Of a stretch of 64,000 bases of DNA, positions 38,091 to 50,168 are shown one piece after another. The notes under the pieces were generated by a model. It did no database searches, was not told the origin of the DNA, and saw only the letters and a program-made list of their open reading frames with translations. A program made the translations under genes and the position numbers. Positions within the stretch are counted from its first letter, which is position 1, and every line of letters starts with the position of its first letter. Source of the stretch: Callorhinchus milii (lineage: Eukaryota); assembly GCF_018977255.1 (NCBI RefSeq), contig NW_024704744.1, positions 56,296,001-56,360,000 of the forward strand, read 5' to 3'.

Positions 38091-38225
38091 CTGTTCCAAG
38101 TGAAAAACTACATTGGAAATATCTAGCACTCGCTCCACTGTTTTCCCAGGATCGGACGAGTCTTCACTTCTGTTCGGCAGGTCTTTATATAGAGCCATCT
38201 GCCACCTAATGGCAGGATCTTCCAA
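38091..38225 (-). CDS. RYR2: RYR2 exon ~74 (135 nt) LEDPAIRWQMALYKDLPNRSEDSSDPGKTVERVLDISNVVFHLEQ
   Basis: cag/GTTAGT; peptide match. Confidence 0.95.
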
Positions 38226-38945
38226 CTGCAGGTTGGGATTCGTATTAGTTATCAGTCAACAGGATCCACAAGATACCATAAATTACTTATCAGATGACAT
38301 AATAAATGCTGACTTTTAGCTCTACTCTGCTTAAAGTTGCACCTCTAAATCGACAACCAATACATGTTTTCAGCCTTGCACTAACTCACCCTTTTGAGGT
38401 TAATGTCCAGGCATCTCAGAAGTTTGTACAATTTAAATCTGGGATTGTAGATCAGAATGGTAGGAGGGAATAGATAGCTTTGCTTTTGAATTAAGGGCAC
38501 TGAAAATTGCTGATGACATTATGTACTACTGTCTACAATGTAGAGTGGTGAATTCCTTGGAATATCTGTTCAGACTGTAATTTACTCCCATCTATCCACC
38601 TCTTCGATCATGCTTATAGTCACCTCACTCTCTCTCCAGGTTAGTGTCAAGCTCGACCACTGTTAAGTGCTCCAAGATGCTGCCCCACATGAAGGACACT
38701 GTATGAATGCAAGTTGTTGTTGTTTACTTCAAGGATTCAGGTGACATTTTAGGAGTTAAGTGAATTTGTTTTAATGTTACTTTCAATAAAACTTTTAATA
38801 AGTGTTAATGATTTAAGACTTTACAGAGAATGATACGTCACAGAAACAGACCAATCGGCCCAACTTGCCTGTGTCGGAATTTGATTATAGCAAGATATAT
38901 TCTTTTTTCATGCATTTATTCATTCAACAAAGCAGCCACAGGAAT

Positions 38946-39365
38946 CAACAACAACAAAATTACATTTGTATAGCGTCTTTTATGTCGGGAGGACATCCCA
39001 AGGCGCTGGATAATCAGTGTTTCGGACCCGAGCTGGGGGTCGGGATCAGGGAGGGTGGAGGGTGACCGAAGGCACAGTCGAAGAGAAGGGTCTTGAGACA
39101 TGTCTTGAAGACGGCAAGGGAGGGGACGAGGTGGAGGGACTGCGGGGTGGAGTTCCAGAGGATGGGGACAGCGTGGCTGAAGACCCGCCCACCAATGGTG
39201 GGGTGGGCCAGGAAGGGTATGTGAAGCATGCTGGAGCCCGCTGAGTGGAAGGTGCGGGCAGGTTGGTCGGGGGTTAGGCGGTCGCAGAGGTAGGGGGCAG
39301 CAAGGCAATGGAGGTGAGGACCAGGATCTTCAACTGTATGCTCTGTGTGATGGGAAGCCAGTGAA
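38946..39365 (-). mobile_element. L2 3' fragment
   Basis: GGRVFSHAVPILWNSTP...FKTCLKTLLF peptide plus tail. Confidence 0.85.
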
Positions 39366-40433
39366 GTCAGTCAATCAAACCTGGATCAACAGCATACTGG
39401 CCGAGAACAAGAGCAAGGGCAAGAGTCACAAACAAAAATTGCACAATCAGTATACACCATGAGAAGGGCTCTTATGCAATTTTGAAAGATGTACATTACA
39501 GTTATAATGTACCTCTCTAGGGCATGGGTGCCCTTCTAATGTGGATGTCCTGCGGATCCACAGTTACCACATGTAGGATGCACTTCAGACTTTCAACATG
39601 GATTAGTTGGCTTCCCACATTAATAAATTCCAACTTCCAGAACATCAGGTTGCTGCCAATGCCACTTCTTGCACTCTGCAAATGTGAACTATACACAGCA
39701 ATCATTTTGCATTGGCATCCCTTTATGAAGGCAGCAACTGCAGAAGCACTTCTTGTAATGTTATGCACAATTGATGGGAAGTCACATCAGTAGCGATCTG
39801 ACGACCTGAAAATCAGCCATTTTTTCATGCTCTGTTACAATGTGTCTGCTGAAATACTGGACCCAGATGACCACGTTTCAATGGGCCTGCTTTGTGTTTG
39901 TAAGTAAGTTAGAATTGAAGCACAAACTGTATTGGAATGACAGGCATTAAGGCTGCAGAAAGGCAACTGATCTATCTGGAATACTGAAAATGCAATCTTT
40001 TGACAGCCTGCATCAGCTTAAGACAATTAGGAGAAGGGATCTAGTAACTAAACTAAAGTTCCACTATTGTATTGAAATCTATTTGCGTACAATAAAATAC
40101 AAAACAAGCAGAAAAAGAAAGTTTCCCATCGTATATGTGCATTCTTATTTATTCTTTTAAAGATTGATAGCTCTTGAAGCAGCGTAGATTGATCAAACGC
40201 TTCAGGATAGTTATGCCATTTATCAATCTACAGAGTTTGAGCTGTGAACGACAATTGTGAAAATGCTCAAAATGTTAAAATATCAATTACGAAAGCACCT
40301 TTTGCTAAAATGATTTTCTCTAAACACAAGGAATAAGCGCAATTCTATCCCATACCAAAATCAAAACAATACAGAATCATCATACGATGGGTATCCTCTT
40401 GCTTCAAAACCACAGCAAGTTATTCAGACTTAC

Positions 40434-40685
40434 ATGACCACTCTGCATATCTAGAAACAGGCTGTTACACCCAAGCAAACCATGCACGGTTGTAGTCCCA
40501 TCCTCTTTCAGGCCTTTCCTGGGCTTACTAACCATCAGCTCAAATGGCCTTGACAGGACCTTTGAGTGTTGCGCCACAGACACATGGTGAATTGAAGAGG
40601 ATTTTTTAAGTGCCAAAACAATCTTGTGATTTTTTGATCTTGTAAGTGTAGAGAAGAGGAGTTTTTTGAACTCTGGGAATAATGT
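40434..40685 (-). CDS. RYR2: Candidate alternative cassette exon in intron 73 (252 nt, 84 aa, phase 0-0); a longer 421-nt form would start at 40854
   Basis: ctctgttattctag acceptor, stop-free frame TLFPEFKK...DMQSGH, CAT|GTAAGT donor in phase; no homology that I recognise. Confidence 0.35.
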
Positions 40686-40865
40686 CTAGAATAACAGAGT
40701 GTTTTTGCACGGTCAATTTTTTATGGCTGTAAGTGCCTGAAAAATCTGAGCCAGAGTTATTGGGCCTGGAAGCGGATTTGGGTGGTCTGTTCTTCATCCA
40801 TTTCATAATTATGATGAGTCTCTTCACCAGTTTCTTGAAATGAAATACTCGATACTGATAGACGG

Positions 40866-40879
40866 CATGCAGGCATGCA
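40866..40879 (-). promoter_or_regulatory. Tandem Rbfox-type UGCAUG motifs
   Basis: TGCATG twice on the transcribed strand (40874-40879 and 40866-40871), in the tract just upstream of a candidate acceptor at 40855 and ~170 nt downstream of exon 73. Confidence 0.45.
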
Positions 40880-41047
40880 AGGAAAGAGACACAGACATGT
40901 GTGAAATGAACAGGTACAAGATCTCAGAAGAGCGACAACGCTGAACAGAATTCATGCTTCAACATAGCAGTGCAATTTATAGAAAGCAGTTACCATCCAC
41001 TCTAAAAACAACATAAATTGTTTAACACTTGGACACCATCAACCTAC

Positions 41048-41107
41048 TTTGCCCTGAAGATGAAGATTATTGCGAATTATTTCTCTAACTTCAGCCTCCG
41101 TGTCTTT
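41048..41107 (-). CDS. RYR2: RYR2 exon ~73 (60 nt) KDTEAEVREIIRNNLHLQGK
   Basis: cag/GTAGGT; peptide match. Confidence 0.95.
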
Positions 41108-41546
41108 CTGCGTCAAAGGGGGGGAAAAGTTAAGTTTCAGAAAACTATCTCCAAGAGAATTACAAAATTTCTACCCACTTAAGCTCTCGCACTTTAACAG
41201 TCAAGTGATAATAAAAGTGCTAACATAAAGGGCAAAATTTTGTTTCTCAATGGAATCTTGAAATTGTTTTTCGCAAAAATCACTGTATCATTTGGAGTCA
41301 CTCAGATCTAGCCGTTGCTGACGTCAAGGCTAACAGAACAACTGTCTGGAATGGTACGGCACGGAAAGAAATCAATCAGCCCAACTAGAGTCTTTCTCAT
41401 ACAAACACACACCATCATGTACAATTGTGTCTTTGCATGAGAAAGAAACCTGGGCAAATAACATCTAAAGAATGGTATACAGCACTCCAAGACATTACTC
41501 CATGTGAAGGGGGCTGTATAAATGCAAGTTGTGTTGTTGTACCTAC

Positions 41547-41717
41547 CAGGCTAAACCGATTTTTCGCCAATGAAATTAGTTCCTGGTCACCAGGCGCACA
41601 GATGTTTAATCCAATTGGAAGTAGTCTCTTTAGTGCTGCGACAATGAGTGACGTTTGAAGAGAATATCGGTCTCCCTTCCTCTTTGACTTCTTCCTCTCT
41701 TGATCGGAAACACACCC
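41547..41717 (-). CDS. RYR2: RYR2 exon ~72 (171 nt) [57 protein letters not shown]
   Basis: cag/GTAGGT; lies within ORF 41415-41822. Confidence 0.95.
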
Positions 41718-41920
41718 CTGGGGAAAGCAGCAGAGAAATGTATTCGCTATTGTTACAGTACAGATATATTCTGTGCACAAAACACACAGTTGCATCATTT
41801 TACAGTGCATCCTCTGAAGCACTTTGAGATGTCTTTATTCTCAATCATCAACAATCTATCACCCATTTCAGATTGTCATGGGGGTGGGGGGGTGAGATCA
41901 TTTCTGATCCATGTCTTTAC

Positions 41921-41926
41921 CTGTAT
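41921..41926 (-). CDS. RYR2: Possible 6-nt microexon (IQ) or relic at the RYR1 ASI position
   Basis: aag|ATACAG|GTAAAG between KSKMSK and GCVSDQER; RYR1 ASI (AGDIQ) ends in IQ; the acceptor is weak. Confidence 0.25.
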
Positions 41927-42025
41927 CTTTGGTTCAACATTTAATGAACAAACACCACCGTTGGCAGATATTCCAGATTAAAAATTCAGAACTGCACATC
42001 TGTCAGGTATGAATTCGGGGCATAC

Positions 42026-42118
42026 CTTTGACATCTTAGATTTTGTGTCAGTGATGAGGAACGACATGTTATTGATTTCGTTCTGCACCACAAAGTTCTG
42101 CTCCTCCCTCTTGAAATT
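42026..42118 (-). CDS. RYR2: RYR2 exon ~71 (93 nt) [31 protein letters not shown]
   Basis: cag/GTATGC; peptide match. Confidence 0.95.
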
Positions 42119-42239
42119 CTGCAAAATTAACATTCACAATCATTGATACGGAAAAGATTTTAGAAGGGTATCACTCAGTCATCATCTTTAGTAACTCAAT
42201 GATTTTACACACTGGGTTCTCGACTATACTTTTGCTCAC

Positions 42240-42327
42240 GTGAGATTTCGCCCAGTAAATAAACACTTCAGCCACCATTCGGAACAGTTCTTCAGCCTCA
42301 GGATTTGGTTCTTTGAGCCATTTGGCA
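42240..42327 (-). CDS. RYR2: RYR2 exon ~70 (88 nt) [29 protein letters not shown]
   Basis: cag/GTGAGC; peptide match. Confidence 0.95.
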
Positions 42328-42769
42328 CTGCAATAAAACAGAAAGGTATTTCAGACAGAAATCTGCAGATGTTTTGAAAGGAGTGAGCTATTTAATGAGT
42401 AAAATATTGGTTAAATTTGAGTTAATATGGATAGCATCAAAAGGGAGCTTTTCTCGTTTCTGAAACCAAATTTAGGACCTTTGTTCTCCAGTCTTGGTAA
42501 GTTGGGAGCTGCAGGGTAACATCTACTTACCAGGGCGAGCTCAGTATGATGATATGAGACCTTGTGAAATCCAGGCCACAATTTAGTACCAGTGTTTGTT
42601 AGCCTTCGGCACCCACTTGGCAAGTATTGATCAGCAGAAGCAATAGACTATACTTGCAGGAATCGTCATTAAACCACTGCAAGTTTACAATAGCTACAGG
42701 TCATCCTGCTGTGTCAGGTCAATCAGTTCAGGGTACAAAAGAAACCCATTCCCCACACCAAAGAGCCAC

Positions 42770-42955
42770 AATAATAAATTGGTCACTTCAATCCAAGACT
42801 GTTTGTGGCACACTGCTGTGTGCAATTGGCTGCCGCGTTTTGCCCACAAATATACAGTCAATTCACTTTACAGTCTATTCTGTGAAGCACTTTGAGACAT
42901 CGAGATAACGTGAAAAGCGCTATATCAAATGCAAGGATTATTATTATTATAATAA
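42770..42955 (+). mobile_element. SINE 3' half
   Basis: Family body and gctatatcaaatgcaaggattattattatt tail. Confidence 0.85.
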
Positions 42956-43334
42956 TATTCAAACCCAGGGTTACACAGTGAAATTCATTTTCCTCAGTTA
43001 ACTATTGAAGTGTATCTTTGCCAGCTTTCTCAACAAAAGCGAACTCTATAAATTATAATAGCAGGTATTTCCCGATTAAGATTACTTTGCCATTCAGTAT
43101 GCGGTGGACCCCTTGATAGAACATATTGATCTTGGGAAGGGGATAAAAAGCAAGAAGCCATTCCGCCCGCTGCTATCACAACCATGATGATGCACTTTGA
43201 TTTGATTTGCGTCATGGTGCTATATTCTTGTAAACAAACGAACACAGCTCTGCTGCCTCTTTAAGCAAGTGAGACAAATGAGTCAGGGCATTCATAGATC
43301 TTAAGGGGATCATTTTGAGAGTAAAATAAATTAC

Positions 43335-43575
43335 CGGTTATAATCCACAAATCGAATTAGCAACGGGTAGAAAGCGTACAGGTCCCGGGCCAGCACAGTG
43401 AATTCATCCAGGATGAGGAGCTCAGCCTCAGACATGTCCCCTCTGCCCTCCGCTTTCAGGTGATCCTCCTCCACCACCACTGTGGCCACTTTCTTTTTCA
43501 GCTTCTCCATGAGGGGCAGGAAGTGTGTCTTCAGGAGCTGGGCTTTCACCTTGCTGATAATGGGCTGTGAAAATA
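43335..43575 (-). CDS. RYR2: RYR2 exon ~69 (241 nt) VFSQPIISKVKAQLLKTHFLPLMEKLKKK...RDLYAFYPLLIRFVDYN
   Basis: cag/GTAATT; overlaps ORF 43331-43549. Confidence 0.95.
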
Positions 43576-43978
43576 CTGTTCCAAAGCAAAACGTTTGGAG
43601 ATGGCATATACAGATGCATATGTGTGTATGTGTGTGTGTATATATAGTATAGAGAGATATTAATCTGTTTTTTAAGCAATAAGGAAGCCAAGATGGAGAT
43701 ACTTCCAGGGCATTAGGTTGCTGGTGATGTCACTTCCTGGACACAAAGAAATCAACATCCAGAACGTGATATCCACGTCAGTGGCAAAAGCTAATGGCCT
43801 GGAAGTTAGCTGTTTTGACCTGCTCTCACTGGCTATTGTTATGAAGCAGCAATGGAGTAGACTTTTGGAATGTTTGGGTTAGTAAATATAAGGGTCCACA
43901 CCCCAATATAAGCAAAATCGTATTCCAACAAATCGCTATATAACAGGTGCAAGTTGCCCCCTGCTGATCAGACAGTAC

Positions 43979-44299
43979 CTGCTAATCTCTTCATCCAAGC
44001 TCCTTCGTCAATGCCCAGGTTGTTTGATATAATCTTCAGAATGTTGCCCAGCAAAGTGTTCATGTGCTCGGAGGTGAGAGCAGTACAGCACAACTCTGCC
44101 TTCTCAGGGTTATTCTCTGGCCCGTGTTCCCACCAGTGAGACATGTAATTGCACAGCATGGGCAGGATAACTTCCATTATATGGGGCATCTGGGTGTAAC
44201 GTATCCCAGATTCTGCCAGCTCCATTATCTCTTCCATCAGACTTTCCAGGGAAGGAATATTGGGACACATCTCTTCCACTCTGGCTGGCAAATTCAGAG
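43979..44299 (-). CDS. RYR2: RYR2 exon ~68 (321 nt) [19 protein letters not shown]...[12 protein letters not shown]
   Basis: cag/GTACTG; lies within ORF 43968-44360. Confidence 0.95.
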
Positions 44300-44714
44300 C
44301 TGAGGCAGGTTTATTTGAAAAGGTACATGTAAAAAAAAAGTTACTACAATAAATAAACAAAAAATTGTAAAATTGTGTAGTTTAATGCAAGCTGTAAAGT
44401 TCTGATGAATGCTCTGGGAAAAAAAACAATATACTTTTGATGGTGTCTCATTTCCTCAACAATACCTGGTGATGTGCAGCAATTTCTAACAAGATACTTT
44501 AATAAGGAATAGGGATAAAGCGTAAATATTCCTTCAGGTAATGGTCAAATGTTCTTCAACCCATAAAAATTCCTCTCCAAAGGTAAATAGCATTTAGTTC
44601 TGTCCAAGTAAGTCTGTGTAACAAATATCTGGTTTGTTTATTGAAGAATCCAGGTAGAAATCACTGTATATTAGATCCCTTAACCTTTATGATGTTTATT
44701 AATAAGCAAAAGAT

Positions 44715-44885
44715 TTGGTCACTCATTCCACCCCTGTTTGTGGGACATGACTGTGCGCAATTGGCTGCGGCGTTTTATCCACAAAATACGCAGTCAATCC
44801 ACTTTACAATATATACTATGAAGTGCTTTGAGATGCCCCAACAACCTGATAATGTGCTACATCAAATGCAAGTATTATTATTGTA
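44715..44885 (+). mobile_element. SINE 3' half
   Basis: Family body and tail. Confidence 0.7.
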
Positions 44886-45179
44886 AACAAATTTAAAATC
44901 AATCTTGGTTGCTGCAATGTACTTGTTTAGCCGAAACTTGGTTTCATCTAACATTTACTCCTTGGCCGATCTAATTGTCTCTCCACTCTTAACTCTTTTC
45001 TAACTTGGTGGAGTCCTCCAATGGGTGACTTGGGTCTTGGTCTTCTGTAGCACAGTACATTACAACCTCAAGATCTTACTCCTCCAATCACGTAATTCTG
45101 GCATTTTAGACTCAGCAACACATCAAGTCAATGAACAGCCTGAGGCAAATGGTGTTAGCCTCATGTGGAATCAGTCTAC

Positions 45180-45310
45180 CTGCACGATCCTTTGAAGTCT
45201 TAGTGTTGTAGCTCGAGAAAGGATTGTGTTTGTTCAGGTCAGTCTCGAGAAAAGCCACGGGGAAAGCACCCGAAAATGCTGCCAGACACTCCCCTAGAGC
45301 TGGCCGCTGC
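45180..45310 (-). CDS. RYR2: RYR2 exon ~67 (131 nt) [43 protein letters not shown]
   Basis: cag/GTAGAC; lies within ORF 45112-45360. Confidence 0.95.
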
Positions 45311-45444
45311 CTGTGTAAGAAAATCACAAACAAGCGATAAAGAGCATCCCTTCTGAGCAAGTCTCACTTTCACAAAGATGTTCAACGTGCTTCTTCATTA
45401 ATGGAAATCAAATATTTTCCAATTGGTAACATAACATTTGAAAA

Positions 45445-45670
45445 CAGAAGGGAGTTTCTCTCTCCCAGTGTCCTGGCCAACAAATCCCCAAAATAAAATG
45501 TCATTCACTCCATAGCTGTTTGTGGGACACTGCTGTGCCTAAAATGGCTGTCGCATTCACCAACAAAATACACAGTCAATCAGTACCACTTTACAGCATA
45601 TCCTTTTGAAGCACGTTGAGACAACTTGACGCAATAAATCACACATTATTAATGCAAGGATTATTATGAT
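45445..45670 (+). mobile_element. Deu-SINE 3' fragment
   Basis: ccagtgtcctggccaaca...gctgtttgtgggacactgctgtg...aatgcaaggattatt. Confidence 0.7.
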
Positions 45671-46999
45671 AAGAATGACAAGATACCACTGGAGAAAAGA
45701 GACTAGCTTCAGGATTCTGATACATGGGCATTATTCTCTTCCGTTTATTAGAGGGGAAGATCTGACCATTCAGATTCCCATGTCTACCCAAGCTCTCTCT
45801 TTCTGATATAATCGGTATTATGAAATGCAGCACTGGGTGCTCAGCTACAGATCGGGGCCCCTGAGAGCTTCTGGCTGGTTTCAGGCCCAACCATCATGTT
45901 CCAGTCTGGGGAGGGGAGGGAGTGGATTTCACCCTGGCAGGCATTTGATAATTATCCTTCAGTTTGACTGTAATTCTACTCAATGTGAGAATTATCATCT
46001 CTGTTGATTATCATTTTCACCCACTTAATACACAGAAAAATCCAATTACAGTTTATACTGTGAAGCACTTTGAGATGTCTCAACAACAGTATAAGGCGCT
46101 ATACCAAATGGAAAGATTATTGTCATATTGTTCGGTGCATTTTGCATTCTTTTGTGCTTTCTGATAAAGTGAAGCAACAGCTGTCTACCACCACCTAGTG
46201 CTAACTTGTTCTTGTAAGTAAATCTCATGGAGGAGTAACAGGGAAGTGACCCTCCTCTCATTTTAGTGACATGAAGCTCAGAGGCTGAAAAAAATATCTT
46301 ATTACACAATAAATGGGAAGCCTCTCAGTGAATTGCATGAAGAATAGCAGAGTTCTGGAGACTGATTAATCGGCTACAAAAAACTGAGAGAGTTCACACA
46401 CTGTGAGAAAGCATAAGAGCTAAGCCTTGGTAGTATGTAACCATCAATAAATGACAGGATTACAGCTTCAAAATCACTCCCAGGCAGCTACCATTTTTAA
46501 TAATGTTCAGCATTCATCACTGCTAATTCCAACACCAGGGATTGGACAAACCAGTAATCCTACCAACCAAAATCGTCACAATATATCATGTCTTTCTCTC
46601 CTTTTATGATCCCTCACTCCGATTTTACACCCCCCCCCCACCCCACCCACATCTCCTCCCTCCCACTTGTATCCTTTGCTTATTGCTGATCCTAATCAAA
46701 AAAACTACTAATCCTTTACAGGGATGTGTCTTTGTTTTGGATGTGAGAGTTGGAATGGATGGAACTCTCCTCCAGCTGCACAACTGGGAGAAGAGAATTG
46801 TTACAATGGGAATAGGAGATGGTATGTGGTGACGATATTTACCATGCTGCAGTACTAACAGGTTATTTTTGATAGTTAACTACAGGGACCTTCACTACTA
46901 CATCCAGATTACCTTGGTTCTTTGCTCCGAATAATCACAAACGTATTCTGAAATATAAGGTGTCTGCATTCATTTTCCATTCATACAGCTCCTCCTTAC

Positions 47000-47081
47000 C
47001 TTTCCACGTAGATGCTTTTACCAGTACCCAGCGCGTATAAGCTACTTAGTATCCTGTAGCCAGAGACCTGGACATCATCCA
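47000..47081 (-). CDS. RYR2: RYR2 exon ~66 (82 nt) LDDVQVSGYRILSSLYALGTGKSIYVE
   Basis: cag/GTAAGG; peptide match. Confidence 0.95.
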
Positions 47082-48553
47082 CTGCAAAGGAAAATTTACA
47101 TCAGCATTTTAGCATCTTAAATACGTAGTGCATGAGAAATCAGAACATATGCCTCTCCCTATACATCCTATCTCAAAGGCAAGGGTATGCTGTCTATTCC
47201 AGACAGACATTTCCATGTGTAGATGGCATAAATTTGTGGAACTCTCAGTACGGTGACAGGTTTTCGCATCTGTCAGACACCCGACTGACCAAAAATAATA
47301 CTCTCCCTGGTTAAAATGTGGAGTTTGAAGATCAGCGGTGATCACCATTGACTCAGCTACTGCAGAAGGCTTGTGCTCAGACTCAGAGGACCAAGAATAA
47401 TAGCTGCCAGCTGGCAGGCAGGAATGAAAAGGACACCAATCTTCATTGCTTCAATGATCCAGACAGGCCAAGCCTGGGCTCTTGTACTCTTGGATCTTTC
47501 TGGACCCGAAATGTCTCATCACGAGTGCAAACAGTGAACCCACTCCTCCCGGTGACTTCAGTGTCTGGGAGGAGTTAGTACTGACAGCACAAATACACAA
47601 AGTGGGAGTCATGAACAGAGGGAGTCATTACAGAGAGGGAAACTCAAGATAAAGTACTTTCTGCATTCATCTACCTAGAGCTCAAACTCCACATACTGGT
47701 GTTAAAGCACATACATTGAGAATTATCACCAGAAAAAGAAAATGGTGAGATTGGAAGAATTATTTTTACCCAGAGTTTGTTAGAATATGGAATACTTTAC
47801 AACAAATGGTTGTTCAAGCTGAGTCCTAAACAGTATTTAAAAAGGGAATTGGATAAATACTTGCAGGAAAAATAATGCTACAGGTTATAGGGAGAGCAGA
47901 GGAACAGGATTAAAGCAGATAGCTCCAATGGGGGAGCAAGCACCTGAACAGAATGATGGGCGGTAAAGAAATACTGATCCCAAACTACTTAAGATAGGAG
48001 CCTGAATTATAGTATCTTGTAATCTTTCACACGACCAGTAGAGGTCACATTCTCTCCACGTTCAGCAATTCTGCATCAGCTGCTGATGTTAAAATCACAC
48101 AACAGCAGCACACATTGGATTGCAAGCCAGAATTGAGCTTGCCTGTGATACTCCCTGTGGTAAAATTGGTTGAGTTGCCCCAACACTCACCATCTGGGCT
48201 CTCACATGAGAGGTTGCGGAGTGCAACACAGAAAAGTCCACAGAGAAGAGTGAAGTCTGAATAACATGCTGCTCAAATAAAATTGACAGGGGAAGTACAG
48301 GTACTTAGTGGTACTGTTTCTTAACAACAATGAAAAAGAATGACAGAATCACACCTCATCCTTTTTATTTGTTAATATTTGTGTAGTTATGGACGTCTGT
48401 ACTTTCTTCTGTAAACAGTTACACATTATACTAATAACTTGGAAATAGAATCTGGGCGGAGGGGGAAGATAACATTGGATACAGATCACATTTATCATGC
48501 AATTTTTTTTAAAATTAATTTTTTAGATTTTTTAAAAAAGAATAAAGCCATAC

Positions 48554-48792
48554 AGATGAGGTCTTCTCCAAACTGGTGCTGGGCAATGTGTTCAAACAGT
48601 GATGATAAGACTGGCAGCAAGGCCACAGTCGTGTAATTGATGATCTGCGTCACTCCTTTAGGCTGTGTCCTGGTGTGAGTGAACTGCCCCAGTTTAAGAT
48701 TCTCAATAGTTTTCTCCAAATCCTCTGCTGCATTTTCAAAGAACGCTCGTAAGGCCAGCTTAACTGATTCCAGACCTGTCTTCATCACAGTC
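48554..48792 (-). CDS. RYR2: RYR2 exon ~65 (239 nt) [27 protein letters not shown]...HQFGEDLI
   Basis: cag/GTATGG; lies within ORF 48495-48884. Confidence 0.95.
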
Positions 48793-48820
48793 CTGAACAG
48801 ACAAGACAATCCTTTAGAGT

Positions 48821-49330
48821 CAACAACAATTTGCATTTGTATAGCACCTTTCACATCAGGAGGACGTCCCAAAGCACTGGACAATCAGTGTTTCAGACCC
48901 AAACTGGGGATCTGGGAAGGTGGAGGGCATGGGGGGGGGGGGGGGGAAGGAGGGTGACCGAAGGCATGGTCAAACAGGAGGGTCTTGAGACGGATCTTGA
49001 AGGAGGCAAGGGTGGAGGCGAGGCAGAGGGACTGCAGGATGGAGTTCCAGAGGGTTGCAGAGTGACCACCCGATAATGGTGGAGCGGGTGAGCCGGGGAC
49101 ACGAAGCAGGCTGGAGCCCACTGAGCAGGCAGGTTGGTAAGGGGTTAAAAGGTCGCAGAGATATGGGGGAGCAAGGTTGTGGAGGGCTTTGAAGGTGAGG
49201 ACCAAGATCTTGAACTGTATTCTCTGTGTGATGGGAAGCGAGTGGAGTCGGGGGAGGATGCGGGTGATAGGGTGGCGAAGCCTGGTGCTGGAGAGGACTC
49301 GGGCTGCAGAGCTCTGGATGATCTGGAGTC
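48821..49330 (-). mobile_element. L2 3' fragment ending 28 nt before the exon 65 acceptor
   Basis: ORF 48885-49205 [15 protein letters not shown]...LWNSI...FKIRLKTLLF. Confidence 0.88.
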
Positions 49331-50107
49331 AGGTGAAGTACAGGCAGCCTGAGGATCATGGACCTTTAATAAATGCTCTTGTTACAATTATTTAAAAATC
49401 ATTTTCTTTTATGAAATAAAAGCTTCCATACATGCTCTGATTGGATGCGGGTTCGCACCGCACAATGTTGTGATTTCTTCACTGAAAAGGGGAATCTTGA
49501 AACTCAAATCTTCTTTTATGTGGGTTTCCATTTATAGAGCCAGGCTGCAGGGTTCCTCTTCCACACCTTAATCTTGTGCATCTTTCCACAATGGATGCAA
49601 ATTGTGCCAAATTTCAAATGGGGTTTCTTACTAAAGACAAAGACTTGCAGATGGGGATTCCTTTTGTTATCTGGCAGGAAGACCCACAGGTGTGCAGTGC
49701 CTCTGCTCTGACTTGACTTACAGATACAGTCCCTACACTCTATATTAAATACTATGAAATGTTTTGAGACGTCTCTACAGCATGATAAGGCACTATATCA
49801 AATGCAAGGCATCATCATTATTATTCTTACAATAATACTCTCAGAACACAGGTGGACATGACTTCCAGTATTTCTGGTTACTGGAAGGAATTTCCAATTG
49901 TGAGTAGGATTCCTTAGCAGGAATTTCCATTTCCACAAATGTTTGTCACTACACTTCACAGTATGAAGTACTTTGAGACTTTGAAGCACTTTGAGACATC
50001 GCAATGACGTGATAAGGTGTTATATCAAATGCAAGGAGTATTCTTATTTGAAATTGCTCCCTTTTAGCACCCAATGAATTGATGAAAGAGTGCACACAAC
50101 TGATTAC

Positions 50108-50168
50108 CTGGCATCCAAAGTCTGGCCCAATATGTGCAGACAGTTTACTATTGATGTGGCATCGCTTC
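50108..50168 (-). CDS. RYR2: RYR2 exon ~64 (61 nt) GSDATSIVNCLHILGQTLDA
   Basis: cag/GTAATC; peptide match. Confidence 0.95.
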
